Source: Raillietiella orientalis
Lineage: Eukaryota
Reading direction: 5' to 3'
Length of the DNA: 64,000 bases
Assembly (NCBI GenBank): GCA_036172245.1
Contig: JAYWIR010000032.1
Location: forward strand, 1,116,001-1,180,000
Of the stretch, positions 1 to 13,520 are shown piece by piece; within the stretch, counting starts at the first letter, position 1; the number at the start of each line of letters is the position of its first letter. Under the pieces are notes generated by a model, which worked only from the letters and a program-made list of their open reading frames with translations, was not told the DNA's origin and did not search any database. The translations under genes were made by a program, and so were the position numbers.

Positions 1-899
1 GCGGACGATGGCGGACGAGACAACCAGAGACCGAGAGACTCATCCTCCTTTCCACCCCTTCCTTTCTCCCCAGGAAGACCCTCTGGAATCACCTTCATTG
101 CCGCGAGTCCGGCCCATCCCGCCCCCTATTTACTTACTGGCTCTCCCTCCACTCTCTCTCGATTCTGTCCCCTGAGGTAGCCCCTATGGTCCCCGTTTCC
201 CTGTCTTCTCTAACCGCAGTCAAATCATTTATTTATGTCAAATAATTGGTCCTGCGAGGTTCTTGGTGAGGGAGTGACCTCTTGTGCCACTTGGCTGAGA
301 ATAAGCTGGGACGGCGGCACAGGAATTCTTTAGCGGAAGTCATTTTTTCCCGGTTTTCCTTCCGCGAAAGGAATCCTTCCCATCCTCTGGTGCCGGGGCA
401 TTCTCCGGGAATTGAGAAGTGAAGGGAGCGCGGGGAAAATCTCGGGAACCGATGGGAACAACGAGGGAAGCAATTCCGACTCTTTTCCAGGATCTTCTCC
501 CGTGGACCACGCGATTCCACCCGCGCATTTCGGGCTCCTTCCGGCGGAGGGCCCCGTCGCTCCGGGAGGAGCTGGTCGCGGAAGTGCGAATTCCTCTTTT
601 TCCACGCCTCATGTAGTCCCAACTCCCACGCAGCAGCACCGGTGGGCAGATCTCCCGTTCAGGGCACTGTCCGGAAGGAGGTCACCGCCTCCTCCTCCGC
701 CGCGATTCCTCGAGTTCCGGGAGGACTTCCGGGTTGCCCCGCCCACGTCCATCGCTGTCGCCCTGGCACTAATGTTCCGGTGGGCGTCCGATTCCGCGTC
801 GCAGAGCCCGGCGTCTGTCCGGTTCCTCAGCCACTACGTCAGGAGAGCTCTCCCAATAAATAAGAAACAAATCGAAACGTGACCAATGAATAGAAGCAA

Positions 900-1720
900 A
901 GCGGAGTGCCCGCGTTAGCGGCCCCGTGGGGGGCCGCTGTTTCTCCGCGCGCGGGGAGTACCGAGCATTGTGGGTTCGAATCCCGCCGGGGAAGGACCGA
1001 CACGGAGCAATGGGTGCGTCATGGGTTTTCAGGATAAAGCTGGTTGGCCTATTCGTGTGCAGAGACACTGGCTGAAAGCCAGATGCCCCCGTTGACCGGC
1101 TAGGAGTGAAAAATCGACCTTCTGGGATCCTTCCAGGAATCAGGAAGCGCCAGTTCTCTGGTACGTAGACCGGCGAGGTCTGTTTGCCCAGCAACGGGAA
1201 AGGGATAACCGAAAGAAGAAAATCGAGAGGAAAGTTTTTACTGGGGAATGTGGGGGGTGAGGATCGGGGATGGAGTGGAGATCACTCTTTGGGATTTCCC
1301 TTCCGGTTGTGGAGATGGAGTCGCCCGTTCCATGGAGCTGGTTGATGTCCCCCTCGGGGCGTTGCTTCTCATGAGTGTCAGAAGCGCGCCGCTCCCTTTG
1401 AGGAGGCGTCCCCGTAGAAATCGGGAAGCGCCCTTTCCCAGGGATCTCTCCAGAGGAGGAAACAGGGAGCGGTCCCCTTGCGGGGGTTCTCTCCGCAGAA
1501 TAAATGAGAAATGACCTCTCCGGAGAGAATAGGGAAGAAATTCCCTTCGGGTTTCCTTTGGAGACAACCAGGAAGAGGATGTCTTCTCTTCAGGGTCCCC
1601 CTACCAAAAGTAAGAGGAACGGACTTTTCTTTCTCACAGCCTTATTGGATTCCTGGATTCAACCACCCTACGGATCCAGGAAGGGGTTACCTTCTGTAAC
1701 TTGAAGAAGAGTTGCGTGCA
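900..1720 (+). mobile_element. interspersed repeat family R1 (decayed LINE 5' half: ORF1-like region), interrupted by a LINE 3'UTR fragment
   Basis: Shares ordered blocks (gggttcgaatcccg; aagcgcgc.gctccctt; gaggaaacagggagcgg; gagacaacca) with copies near 21.9, 30-33, 35-36.4 and 52.4-53.2 kb. A degenerate CCHC-knuckle-like FVCRDTG..ARCP lies near 1050-1090. Confidence 0.65.
1150..1285 (-). mobile_element. short LINE 3'UTR fragment
   Basis: ggtacgtagaccggcga.gtc.gttt and gtttttact.ggga.tgtggggg are shared with 2098-2220, the 3'UTR of the adjacent LINE. Confidence 0.6.
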
Positions 1721-1728
1721 CCGTCGCG

Positions 1729-1990
1729 CTACGGGATGAGCAGCCTCCAAAGATCCTTTCCTAAGAAGGCGGAAGGCTCCTGAGTTGGGAAGGGTTGTTC
1801 GAGGAAGGTCGGGCAGTTCCTACTCCCACAGGGGGACGCGACTGGGAGGAGATTTGAAGGTGGGGCAAAATGCTCGATGAATATGTTGACCAAGTAGGGT
1901 TGAATAGACTGACTCGTGGCGCCGAACATCCACTCCAGAGGACCAGAGACTCAGCTGGCCAAAAAGTACAAGTTTTTCGCCCAGTTTTTC
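1729..1990 (-). mobile_element. decayed LINE apurinic endonuclease fragment
   Basis: YLVNIFIEHFAP...AFLGKDL resembles the APE motifs lvNvYAP...lgGDF. Confidence 0.35.
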
Positions 1991-1994
1991 CGGA

Positions 1995-2800
1995 AGACAT
2001 TTATTATTAAATAAAATAACAAAAACCCACTAAAACGTTTCATAATTGCGGTGGAACAGATGGTTGCACCGCGTGCTCGGAACTTTCCGCGACCGGTAGG
2101 TACGTAGACCGGCGAAGTCCGTTTCCTCAGCGACAGGGAAGCGAAAACCGAGAAAAAAGTGAAAGAAGGAAAAAGAGAAAGACGGGAGGAATAGTTTTTA
2201 CTTGGGAGTGTGGGGGGATGGAGTGTAGGGGACTTGGAATGAGATCACAGCACGCAGCCTGCTCAGAATGCTGGCAAGTTCCTTCCGTGTAGAGCCCATG
2301 TCGAGGAGGTCCTCAGGAAGATCCTCCCCCAATGGATGACGTTCCTGACATTCCGGCCTCTTCTGACCTTCCACGCAGCCATGATCCCGCGAAGACAGCA
2401 GAGAACTGCGAGGGACGCATTTGGCGGCAGTGTGGCACCACGAGCGAAGAGGCGTCTGAAAATGTCCCTGGGACCCCCACCCCGGGATCCCTTGGGTCGT
2501 CGAGAGGCTACCTCAAAGGGATAGGAGGGCGGCACGCTCCAAAAGCAGGTGCAGGTAGACCTCCTTCTTCCCGCGCCTGTCTCCTCTTGACGACCTTTGT
2601 GTCCAATGATGGTGGTGCGCTTTGCGTGGGATTCCCTCATGCACCATCAGCAACGCCAACTCCTGCCACTCGAGGAGCAAGGCGCCATTGTTCCAGCACG
2701 CAGGAGGCCACGTCGCGTCCTCCGTAGGCATGACGAGCAGCTCTGCATAGCGAAGAAGTCCGTGGGGTGGGGCACTCGGGGTCTCAGCGCCCATGAAACT
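1995..2800 (-). mobile_element. L1/Tx1-like LINE 3' fragment (C-terminal Zn region plus 3'UTR)
   Basis: EWQELALLMVHEGIP...HHW...E.YLHLLLE and LAVLCCLRGIMAAW are homologous to the copy at 15480-15960; T-rich 3'UTR with AATAAA. Confidence 0.75.
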
Positions 2801-2849
2801 ACGAGTTGTCCACGCGCACAGAAGTTTCTTCCTCCCTCCTTGCCGGAAG

Positions 2850-3550
2850 GTTGCTGTCCTTTGATTCTTTTAAGGAGAGCGGCACTGAGGCAAAGGGGAG
2901 GTGAACGAAGAGTGCAGGAAGAAGGACTCTGTCTGCAGTTCCTAGATAATCTGCCTGGAGACCTCCTTTTATCCCACCTTCACGTTAGGATCCTGTCCCG
3001 CCCCACTTAGCAAGAGATCAATGGGGAAGTTCCCTTACATGGGCCGCATTCTTCCTCCACTTTGAAGTTACCTCGTGGCAGAAGACTGCCAGCGACTGGC
3101 AGGTCAAAGAGGGCCTTGGAGTGGAGCTCCCGGCAGGCGATCCGAGGAGGAGAGGAAGGGAAAAAGGAGCAGGTCAGAGACAGCAGCTTCCCCCCTCTTA
3201 TTCGGCCGAGGGCCATCCGAGGTCCCACTGCAGACTGTGTCCCCCCCTAGACGGGGCCGGACCGTGTTTGCGGAAGAGCAAGTGAAAGGTCGATTTGCCT
3301 GTGGGCATTTCTTACTTTGTTGCGGCCAGCGCTGTTACGGGACAGGTCACGAGCATATGGGAGAGGTGCCCATAGGAGAAGAGATGTCTTTTTCGCAGGG
3401 GGTCTGTCCTGGTCCCATGGCTGACCCTGATCGCCGAGTAGGCCGCCGGAGGGTCGCAAGCTGCTGGACTGCGACCGAGCGCGGAGGCCTCTCTTCTACG
3501 GCAGCCGTCGCCATGAGAAACCGAGAAAGACGGACGCTAGGGAACACCTA
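2850..3550 (+). mobile_element. decayed LINE RT N-terminal region
   Basis: FLDNLPGDLLLSHLHVRILSRPT*QEI and KLPRGRRLPATG resemble the L1/Tx1 pre-RT segment (fL..lp...L..pit.eEi; gKaPG.DG). Confidence 0.4.
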
Positions 3551-5112
3551 GCGTCCAGTCCGCGTTCTCCCGCTTTCTCTGGAGCAGCTCTTTGGCTCAC
3601 TCTAAGTGAACACGCCCCCAAGGACAATCGGAGAGTTTCGTCCTTGGGTCCGATTATCCTCAGTGGCGGTGACGCGCCCGCTCTTCCTCAGGAGGCAGAC
3701 GAGCGCCTCCATTTCCTTTTGTTTCCTGGGAGACCGTCCGCCGCTCCTGCGCGCGCTCCCCAAGTCTCGAGGGCTCTCTCTGAAGCGTCTCATCGCCCTG
3801 AGGATCTACTCCCTCCCTTCCCGTTGGAAGGAGAGAGGGAGGAAGGAGAGAAGGGCAGAACCGCTGCCGACCTCCCGTGGCCCTCGGTCGATTCTCTGCC
3901 GTTCCCTTGGATCGTTGCTTGAATTCCTCCCGCTTGTTTGTCTCGGACGCCTTTGCCGCGCGGTTGTCGGGCTGCGCTCTGTTTGCTCTCGTAATGGAGG
4001 AAGAAGAACCGCAGAGGTGCGCGCGCGTTCCCATCCCTCAGCCCTCGCACTGCCCCGCGCTCTTTCGATTCGCCTGAGCCGCTGCCTCGGCAAGCGGACA
4101 CCTCGAGCTCGCCAGTGTCGAAGGGGCGGTGCAAGAGGACTGCAAACACCAAACGAGGACGCCGAGCACCATGATGAAAACATAAGCACCGCGTTTGCCA
4201 CGTATGCGGAAGCAAACTCGGATCCCCCGTTCCTTCCAGCTCCTCCCAGGGAAAACGGCGCGTCCAGCATGAGCGAGACGTTGCTAGGCAAAACAGGCGA
4301 AACAGCGGGAAGTATGGATGGGTGGACGGTTGAAGGCGGGTCTTCGAGAATGCCCATCTTCGTCGAAACGCCTTGGGCAAGTCACGTATCTCCCCAGGGA
4401 TTGTCGGTTCGCGTACCAGACGCTTCGCTCGCTCCCGGAAAAGGAGAGAGCGAGAACGCAGGTCGTGACTTTCACGGAGCGGATGCGCAAGCGCCGCAGC
4501 TCGCGGAAGGGCAAACCGAGTCGCGTCCCAGGAGGCACGCGGAGAGATCCCGGAGTGGTCTCTGGGAGCATCCGGTCGGCTGACGTTTCTCGCCTTCCTT
4601 TTCACCCTCCGGCCATTCCGCTGCCCCGAGCCAGGCTTCCTCGGCAAGGATCGGCCACTCCACAGGGAGGAGCTCCGGTCGCCGCATTCCGAAAGCGTCG
4701 GCGACAACTTCCCACCTCCTCTCCATCCCTCCTCCTCGCCCATCCCAAGTGGAAGGTCGAGGAGCCCTCCACTTCTGAGGTCTTCGTGTGGAGTCTCTTC
4801 TGGAGCAAACCACGGAAGCACAGAACGTTAACGAAGACCGCCATCTCGCTCGAACCTCCTTCGACGTCGGTCCCCGCAGCCGCTTCACCTGCTATCCCTC
4901 CCGACATACCCTCGATCATGCGTTCCTCTCCCACCGCGCGGTTCCCTCCTTGACCCCAAAGCTTCAAGAAACGTTTGAAACACATAAAAAATCCCCGCCT
5001 CCTCCGGCGACCCGCTCAGCATTCATCCGCCCTCTCGAGATGCTCGGCGTCAAGGGGAACACCCGCGGACGTGCGCCCCCGCACGGACGTTCCGTGCTAC
5101 TCTTCCGCAACA

Positions 5113-5996
5113 CCCCGAGGGGGAATCGCCCTAGGGAGGAAAGGGTGGGGGCGGAGAACGGGAGCATTCTCCGGCTTGGCCACCCTGTCGGTTGACCCCC
5201 GGAAAGGAGGCGCTGCCGGCGTGCACCCCGGTTGCCCAGCGGGTGCGACCCAGCCCGCGTCTCCGCAGTCCTCGTCCAGGACACCGCCGCGGGCACGTCT
5301 CTCCCTGCTCGTCGGGAGGCGAGGCCGACCCCCGAGGCGCCCACAACGCCATCGACGGGCACTCGTAGGGGACAGCGACGTGGCGGCCCAGCGCGACTGT
5401 CCCCGCTTCGCCCTGAACCAGCGCTAGGCTGACTGGTCTTCCTGGTCGGCTGCTCGGTTCCCCGGCCGTCCAGGGCATCCTTCTTGACCCGGCCTCCCGC
5501 TGACCGGGCGTCCTGGTGACTCCATCCTTGGAGAGCGACCCACTCACGTTGGAGAGCAGCGCGCGTGGCCGTTAGACTGGATTGGGCGATGGACCCCGAC
5601 GGACGTCCCCGGTTGCCTTGGAAACGCTTGGGGCGCCGCTGTCCCATGGCGCCTCCTGCCCGCAGGCGAATTGGGAGGTGGAGGAGGAGGAGGGTGCAGA
5701 GGAGGAAAGGGGAGGAGAGAGGGAGAAGGAAGAGGAAAGGTCGGAAAGCGGCGGTCGTTCTTTCCTGCGTGTGGCCGCTCGTGGCGGCTCGGACTCCCTC
5801 CGGGAAGAGGCGCGCGGGCGCGAGAGGAATTCCTGTTCCTCGACTGTCAGGATCTCCCGGGAGATGATCGAGAAGGAGGGAATGGCGGATGTCCCAGCAG
5901 TGAGCGGAAGGCTGGCAACGGGATGAAGGGAAGACCCATGGTTTGCGAACGGATGTGTTCTCCATTGAACGAGGACGCTGCCCAGAGCAGGACGTG
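5113..5996 (-). mobile_element. decayed LINE endonuclease segment, near-identical inverted copy of 19327-20231
   Basis: Long nucleotide match in reverse orientation; the ORF track shows near-identical peptides at 5131..5547(-) and 19797..(+). Degenerate APE motifs RGTGIPL, ERTTAAF, APWDS, TGDV. Confidence 0.8.
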
Positions 5997-6652
5997 GTCT
6001 TAAGCCTGGAGCGAAACCACCATTTTCTCGTGCCTCAGGAGTAGTGCGTTTTTTGCCTTCCTTCCGCACAACGTGCGGATTTCGCGCATCCTCCTAAGAC
6101 GGAAGTTCGTCGTGGGGCAGGGCCACTCGCTCACTGGAGGAGATTGGCACGTCGGTGGCGTTCGCCTATTTGTCCGCCGCGTATTTCGGGAGGTCTCCCC
6201 TCCTCTCTTTCCTGAAAGCGCGCACATCGCCGACCGGCTCAGAGGTGGAAGCATCGGAAACGACGAGGTCATCTCTCTCCTGAGGCGCATTTTCGAGTCA
6301 CCCAGGAAGTGACTTTTAGAGGAAATTCCTGGACATCGTTTCATCTTTTCGTCCCGAAGGAATCAATGGCGCCGTTTCCAGGATCGCTCTGAGGTCCAGC
6401 TCTGACAGACAGACCGAATTCCCCGCCCGCCTCGCCTCCCACGTGTGAGCGCGCGCGGGGGTCCCCCTGTGAGCCAGTGCAAAAACAGGGAAGTCCGAAA
6501 ATTTGATGCGAATTTCTTCCGGGAAGTCTCCCTCCATCACCTTGTCCATTCCTTCCATATTTCTTCCGAGTGGAGTCCGAAAGAGAAAAGGAATGGAATG
6601 TGGGTCTCCTGAATCTCCTTGCTCGATTCGTCTTCTGTTCATCCCTCCTCCG

Positions 6653-6672
6653 CTCTCTCTCTCTCTCTCTCT
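6653..6672. repeat. (CT)10 microsatellite
   Basis: Directly seen. Confidence 0.9.
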
Positions 6673-9099
6673 GTTGAGGGGGTGATGGGGGGAGGGGTCG
6701 TGAGGAAGCTGGCTCTCCAGAGTTCTTGCGGGTGGACGAGAGTCCACCCCAGCAAGAACGGGAGGATGGGGGATTCAAGTCCCAGAGAATGCGCTCCTCC
6801 TGAGATGATCGTGTCATCCTTGCACCTGCAGCTGCCGCACGTCCCCCTTTCCGTATCTCAGCCTGCGAGGCGGGAGGATCCTACTTTCTCCTTTTCGGGG
6901 AACCGGAGACGGAGAGGTGCGCCTCCTCCTTGGTGGGTCTCCCCGCCTTCCCACTGCTGGGGATTTTCGCTTCCACGTTGCTTCGATTTTTCCTCGCGGG
7001 AGGGCAGATAGAAAGGGCGCAAAGCGGAAGAGAAGGGGGAAATTTTTCCGGAGAGAAGAGGAATCCTTCCTTGCGCGCGCGCCGCCGAGGTCTCCAGTTT
7101 CCCCGCGGAGGGGAGATCCTCTGCAACGCGGCGAGCGGAAGGAAACCCACGAGCGCCGCTGGCGACGGCGCAGTCGACTCCGGAGAGGCGGGTTGAGTCC
7201 GATTCGTGCTTTACTTCCAATCACCCCACACAGAGGACGCTCTCACGAACTCGCTTGATTGTAGGCAGCCGGAAAATCGGGAACGAAGGACTCGAACGCT
7301 CCTGGGGAGCGAACCAGGAACCAGTTCCGAGCGCTGAGCAAGTGGGATCTTCCTGAAAAGATGGACGGCGGAGCCCACCTCTCCCCGTGCCAGAACGGAA
7401 TCGAATCCCGCGAAGAGCACCAAAGTGGTAGAGAGGAGACCCTGAAACTTGCCTTCGCCTGTTCCTGGAGGTCCTGGGGCTTCGCTGTGGTTCACCTTAA
7501 GCAACTTGCGAAGCCACGGTGACGGGATGCAGCGATGAGGGTGAGGACCCCGTTTCGTCCGGCGACATGGATCCGCGGGTCAGGTGGACGTGGCTTTTCC
7601 GACCGTTGCTGGTATTCCGTCTGTTTGCGGAGTGCGGCAACCTGCTCAACAAGATGCGCGGTCCATGACTTCGCAGGGATGGACCGGACGTGTGGGTATC
7701 CCTCTGGAAAGCAGCGCCAAAGATGACCACCCCTTCACCAGCAGCAGCAGCCTGCAGGCAGGTGGACGAGTCCCATGGCTCATGGGACTCGCTTGGCTCC
7801 TCAAGGCATGAACTGGGGGATCTCCCTCCAGCCACGCGTCCGCTCCCTACGCGAGTTTGCTTGCTATCGCGTGCGCCTTTTCCCAGCCTCAGGGTCTCCC
7901 ATGGGTGACCAAGGAAGTATTGGTTCCGAAGGCGCCTCCATGACTGCCCCTTCGGGCTCCATTGCCGTCCAGTCTCATCACCGCCCGCCCGGCATCCGCC
8001 TCGACCCGGGAAGAAAGGGAAGAGGAGCAGGCGGGACGCACAGGGAGGGACGTTCGCCGCGTCCGCGCGAGAGAGCGCGCGCATCGCCTCGGCGAGGAAC
8101 CGCAGCAGATGTGCGGCGGCCGTCCTCTCGCCCATTCACGATCCCGGAATGTTTTTTTTTTTTTTTTTGCCTCTATCTCTCCGCGTAACCTTTTCCCATC
8201 CTACCCGACCCGCCCGTGCACGTGCGACGTGTCAGCTGCCCCGGGATCGTCCGGCGGTCGTCGGAGGACGCGGCCATTAAAAATGGATGTCCTGTCGAGC
8301 GGGATGCGGACGGCGCGCTCCCTTGAAAGGGAGGAAGCCCTTCCCTCGGAGCCTCACCGCGCGTCGGGATCAGGGCGTGCCCCGTTCCAGGGAGGGCGAG
8401 CCAATTGGCGGGGTTCATCCCCGCCAATCGGCTCGCGGGAACGGCGTAGGTAGTCTCGCGATGGGGATAGCCGTCCACCCCTCCGCTCCCGGCCAGCCGG
8501 GCTCGGGCGAGGAAGGGACGGGGTGTTCCCTGCTCTCGCCCTCGGGGTGAAGGGGCTGGGGGCGCGCGGGAGGTCTCCGCGTCCCCTGTCGGATTTTCTA
8601 CCTCGAAGACGCGCGAGCCGCACGCTGGGATCGATCCTCCGGCATCGGGATATGATTTATCCCTCTCCCTGGAAGATGACGCAGCGACGCCGGCACTTGA
8701 GCGTCACTCAGGATGTCTTCCACGAAGTTCCTTCCTTTTATCTTCCCTTCCTCTCCTCGTGGATATTAATTTCGCCTTCCCTCGCTGAGCTGCGCTTCCG
8801 GATGGCGTGACGCTGCTTTTTATGTCCTTAAGCTATCTACTTAGCTGTATTGGAAGCTGGGAAGCCTATCGGCAAGCCGCTGCTATCCTCCTCCTCCTCC
8901 TTCCCTCCCTTCCTCCTCCTCCCCCCTCGATGAAGGAGGGGGAGGAGGAACGCTCGTCTCTGTAGGCTGCTGCTCCGCACTTTGCCGTGATTACATTAGA
9001 GGGCGCCACATCGTCGGAATGGACTGCCGGCTCGCAGGGATGCACTCCCGCACGGATCGAATTCCTTTATTGGGGAGGAAGAGGGGGGTCTGCGCCAGC

Positions 9100-9700
9100 C
9101 TCCTCCTCCTCCCTTCCTCCTCCTCCCTTCCTCCTCCTCCTCCTCCTTCTCCCTGCTCACCTCGAACGTAGTCAGGACGACAGCAAGGGGAGAGACGATA
9201 ACCTTCGCCCCCTCCTCGCCGCACTGGAAGCCACGGGCTTCCCACAGGCTGCCCTCCTCCGGGACGCCTGGAAACGAGGGGGAGGAGGGGAAGATGACTC
9301 AGGCGATCTCGCTGGGAGAAGGGCCAGCTGCTCGCGCTCGGCGGTATCGCGCGCCCCTTCCTGTTCTACCTCGCCCAGGGACGCCGAGTTTCTGCTCGGC
9401 GTCCCTGGGCGCCTCCCTCCGGCGTTCGTTTCAGCTCCTTCTTTCCGACCAGGAAAGCGCTCGCGCGCCTCGCCGACGCGTGCACTCCGCGTCGCCCGGA
9501 CCCGGGGGCTCTCGACCAACCCCTGATGGAAGCTGATGAACTGGCGCTGCCCTCATCCGGGAAACATCTGCCTCCTGCTAGCTGGTGGAGGCGACCTGCT
9601 TCCCGCTGCCTAAGGGAGAAAGTCCGAAGGCAAAGCAAACCTTCTTTTCCCGAGACCTCGTATGCCGCTCGCACACCTGGGAGGAGGAGGGGCCCTCGTG
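9100..9700 (+). mobile_element. decayed LINE endonuclease C-terminal part
   Basis: AHLERSQDD...LRPLLAALE...LRDAWK resembles the post-GDFN 'L.DaWr' region of APE domains. Confidence 0.35.
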
Positions 9701-11599
9701 GGAAACCGTTCTTCCATCCGAGAGCCGATCCCGGGGCTCCCTCAGGCGAAATGGGTGCCCTCCTCCGTCTCCTTGGAAAGCGCCCTCCCGAATTTGCTCC
9801 GCACACTCCGCAAAAAAAAAAAAAACGCGTATTTTCACGCTCCCTTCGCGCCCCGAGGGTGCCCTTCACCTCGCTGTTGGACGCCCTTCGCACGCAACAA
9901 TGCGGCACTTTCCTTACGGACGCAACGGAGCTCTCTGCCGTTGCAGCAACAGACGCAACAATGCAAATGGTGCCTCCTCCCAAAGCGGTCGCTATGGGAC
10001 ACCATGACGAGGTGACGCCGGCACCATGGCACCTGCCTATCGGCGAAGTCTCTGCGTCAGCTCGCTGACGCCGCAACAAAAGCGACCCCTCCCGGAAGAC
10101 TCGTTCGCTGCGGTGACTATTCGGCGTTTCACCGGAAGAGCTGAAGATACCTCCGGTGTTCGCGCCTCCACCCTCGGGTAGCAGCAGCGGTCGGCGCGCT
10201 GCTGACGTCGCGTTGGGCGCACTCCCGTGCAACGCGCGCTGCCGCCACTGGACGAGGGGGGGGCGTCAGTGCCAACTGCGTTAGGTGCAGGGAGAATGAC
10301 ACGTTCCTGTGGCAACTGCTGGTGCGTTGCGTTGCCTTCCGGGAATTGCGGGAACGTTCCTCCGCGTCCCTCCCTTGGCCAGCGGACAACCCGACAAACG
10401 TCTTGAGGAACCTCTTTGTGCCCGGTCGCCGGCTGCCATCGCCGCAGTGCAGCTCTGCCTGCTCGGGGTCTTCGCTTGCAGGAACGACGCCGAGGGAGGA
10501 CGGCGCGATAGGGGAGCCATTCGGTTACTGCGGTTCGAGGCGAGTTGCGGAGGATGCAGAGGACCACACATCGCAGGATGCGATCCCTTCCCTCTCTCCA
10601 CCCGATTTTACCAGAATGCTTTTTCTTTCTTTCATTTCTCTTCCCTATCACTTGTTTTCTTATCCACTAACCCCTCCACGACGTTGTGGATCCCTACGGA
10701 TGGTCTGACTTGGCGGGACGCAAAGTCCCACCGACTCCTGTCCGTCTATTTTTCCCTCTTTAGGAAAAGAAAAAAAATGCCTCGGAACAACCGGGTGGTA
10801 ACCGAAGTGCGTGTGAGGCGGTATCTAAAGATCTTGCAAAGAAGCCGGACTTTGTGGGAGAAAGAAAAGAGAGAGTGAGAGAGAGATGAAAGCTTCAAAC
10901 AGATGACTTCGTGTTCTGTTACACCGCCCCCCCTTCTTTCCACTTTTCCCGGGAAGAGCATGGATCCGGGGAGAAAAATGAAAATCAGGCTGGATTCGTC
11001 ACCGGTCCCCTTTCCGAGGACCCGGAGACAGGAATTCAAGAAAGCCGCACTGCTCGTTGGTTTCCGAGTCACGGGCATCTTTTCCAGTCCTCTTTCCTCT
11101 TTTCCCCCGGAAACGGCGCCACTGCCATCGGGTCGGAGTGGAGCGTCCGGCGCCTCCGTCTCTCGACCTGGACGGCGAAGCTGCGGGGAAGGCGAAGCGA
11201 AGGTCGAGGTGCCGCGCACTCGGGTCATCGGCGAACACGCACGCTCGGGAAGAACACGCGTGGAGGGGGGGAGTTCCGCTGCATCCGCGGGTGAGTCTCG
11301 CGCCCCTCCTCCCTCGTCCCGCACGCGCTCTTCCAGCGATGCCCCCGCCCGTCTGGGTAGCTTCCCGGGAGACACAAGTGCTCTCCTCTCTGGAGCGGAG
11401 ACGACTTTCTTGCTCCCTCCGCGAAGATACGCGACCTTTCAGCATCTCGCGTGACGGAGGAGAGGGAGAGGAAGGGATGGAGACTTTGCCGGGATCGCCA
11501 GTCGTTCTTCCTCCCTTCCTCCCCCTTAGGAAAGATGCAAAGTCACGTGGCCGACGCCTGCGGGAAAGCGGAGGGACGCTCGAGGCTGCCCTCTCTTAC

Positions 11600-12420
11600 G
11601 GCGGCAAGGGAGGCTTGTGGAGAGAGACGGCTGGGGGTTCGCAGGATCCAGGAAGGCGCAGCTAACCGGAAGGAACCCAAAAGGGGAACCCCCCCTGACG
11701 TCCCGTCTGACCCCGCGTGCAAGGCGTGGGTGGGCGGGCTGCGAAGTAGGGGAGGGGGAGGGGTCCGCTTTGAGGGATGTTTACTTTCAGTCAGGCTCCC
11801 TTGAAGGTCAGCATCCTGATCGTCTCAGCTCCCGCTAACTCAGGGAATCAACTCGAATCTTGGTACACGCCTCGAAACTGCCTCGAGGATTCTCCATGGG
11901 AACGCGCAGTTTCCTGTGGGAACGACCTTCGCTTTCCGTGTCTCCCGTTTCTCACGAGGCCTCTTAACAGGTAGAAACGGTGTCTCCTGACCTTTCGCGT
12001 TACTCGAGCGAGCGCCCGAAGTGCTCCCTTCACCTCGCCAGGGTTGCCAACACGCTCTACAATGCAAAGGTCTCAGTTTCCTCAGCTGAACGCAATTTTC
12101 CAGAGTATGCTCAGGGTCACCCTGATCTGGTCTCTGGTCTCTCCATGCCTCTGGTGATGGGTGCATCCACTGAGGGTGTCCTCTGGGAATCCGTCCCCGT
12201 CTTTCGTGGCCGATCCGAGCCGCTTCCTGGATGGTACATGTCACGTTCTCGCAAGCGCAAGGTTGGGTAGCGCCCAGGGTCAGTCCGTGGATCGATATGT
12301 TGAGGAACGGACGACCCGGGACCGGATGTCTCTGGCACAGGACATGGTCGCTCCTCGACCGGGATGCTCCTGCAATGAAGGGGCGAATGCTCTGCCTTGC
12401 ATTGAAGTGCCCGCAGGCTT
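11600..12420 (+). mobile_element. decayed non-LTR reverse transcriptase
   Basis: Degenerate RT motifs in the correct order across frames: DPACKAWVGGLRSR, FQSGSLEGQH, VSHE, TLYNAKVSV...QG, RYVEE at the YADD position. Confidence 0.5.
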
Positions 12421-12961
12421 TAGGCGATCTTCCGCATATGCGAGTCGACAGTGGAGGCTCCGGGCACCTGCCTGCTCCCCCGTCGCCCCCTCGGCATGCC
12501 GCTGTGCCGGGTTCCTTCCTCCGGTCGCCTCGGGGCGTGAACTCCCCCGAATCTTCGACTGCTGGCGACGCTCGCGTACCCTTTTCCTGCCGCTGCCCGC
12601 AGTCGGGGACGAGGAGAGCCTTGCAGTGACGGGCAGGGGGAGGTCAGCATCTCGAGGTCGCCTCCGCGCGCAACCACCTCCCGGACACGGCAGGTACGCG
12701 GCTTCGTGTTTTCTGTTGTTGTTGTGCTGCCGGTGGTGGTGGTGGTGGGGAAAAAAAAGACGGAGAGAGGAAAAAACCCTCATTTTTAATTTTGCCGCGA
12801 GCCGACCCCGCGGTAATTTCATTTCGGGTTCTGAAATTGGGTCCCGCGCGCCCCTCAAAGCGGCACTCGGGGTCCATCGCGTCGGCGCCTGTGATGCGCG
12901 CGCATCTTCGGCGCGGCGCCGATCAAAACCGCGCGAACGGGCGGAACGCTACGAAAAACAA

Positions 12962-13520
12962 ACACGTGGACGTATTGTACATACACTCATATACAAATTC
13001 ATTTTAATAAACACATATTTATTAACAGTAATATTATACATGTATTGATATACAGAGATAGTATATAAACGAATGAAAATATGCACATCAGCACAATTTA
13101 AGTACGTATTTCTAAATATTCACATGTATGTATATCAATACATATAATCAGCATATCTATTTATTTTATAATCCTCACGATATGTGTTAATATAGTAATC
13201 TATCTATCTATCTATATTTATTTATTTCATATGATCTTTGTAATATACATTGATCCATGTATTAGATTTTGTATGAGTATATGTGTGAATATATGTAATG
13301 AGCGTAGATATTTCTTTTTTATAACCCTTAATATATATATGTCAAAAGTATAATGAATAAATTATTAATTTCATTAGTAAATTGTATGCCACTGAATCTT
13401 AAATATACACATTTCAGTAATATCACGGTTAACCATATGAGTGTTGATAAATATGCATATTTAAATAAATTTGTATATGAATCTATGTGGAATAAGCTTA
13501 CTTTTTTATTTTCTGTGGCC
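12962..13520. other. AT-rich low-complexity island 1
   Basis: Abrupt switch from GC-rich to TA/ATAT-rich sequence and back; includes a short (TATC)n run. Confidence 0.9.

Noticed and set aside
9900..10230. Tc1-like motif (HGAGVTSSWCPIA...GG) on the minus strand
   Set aside because: Single weak motif with no catalytic triad or TIRs visible.
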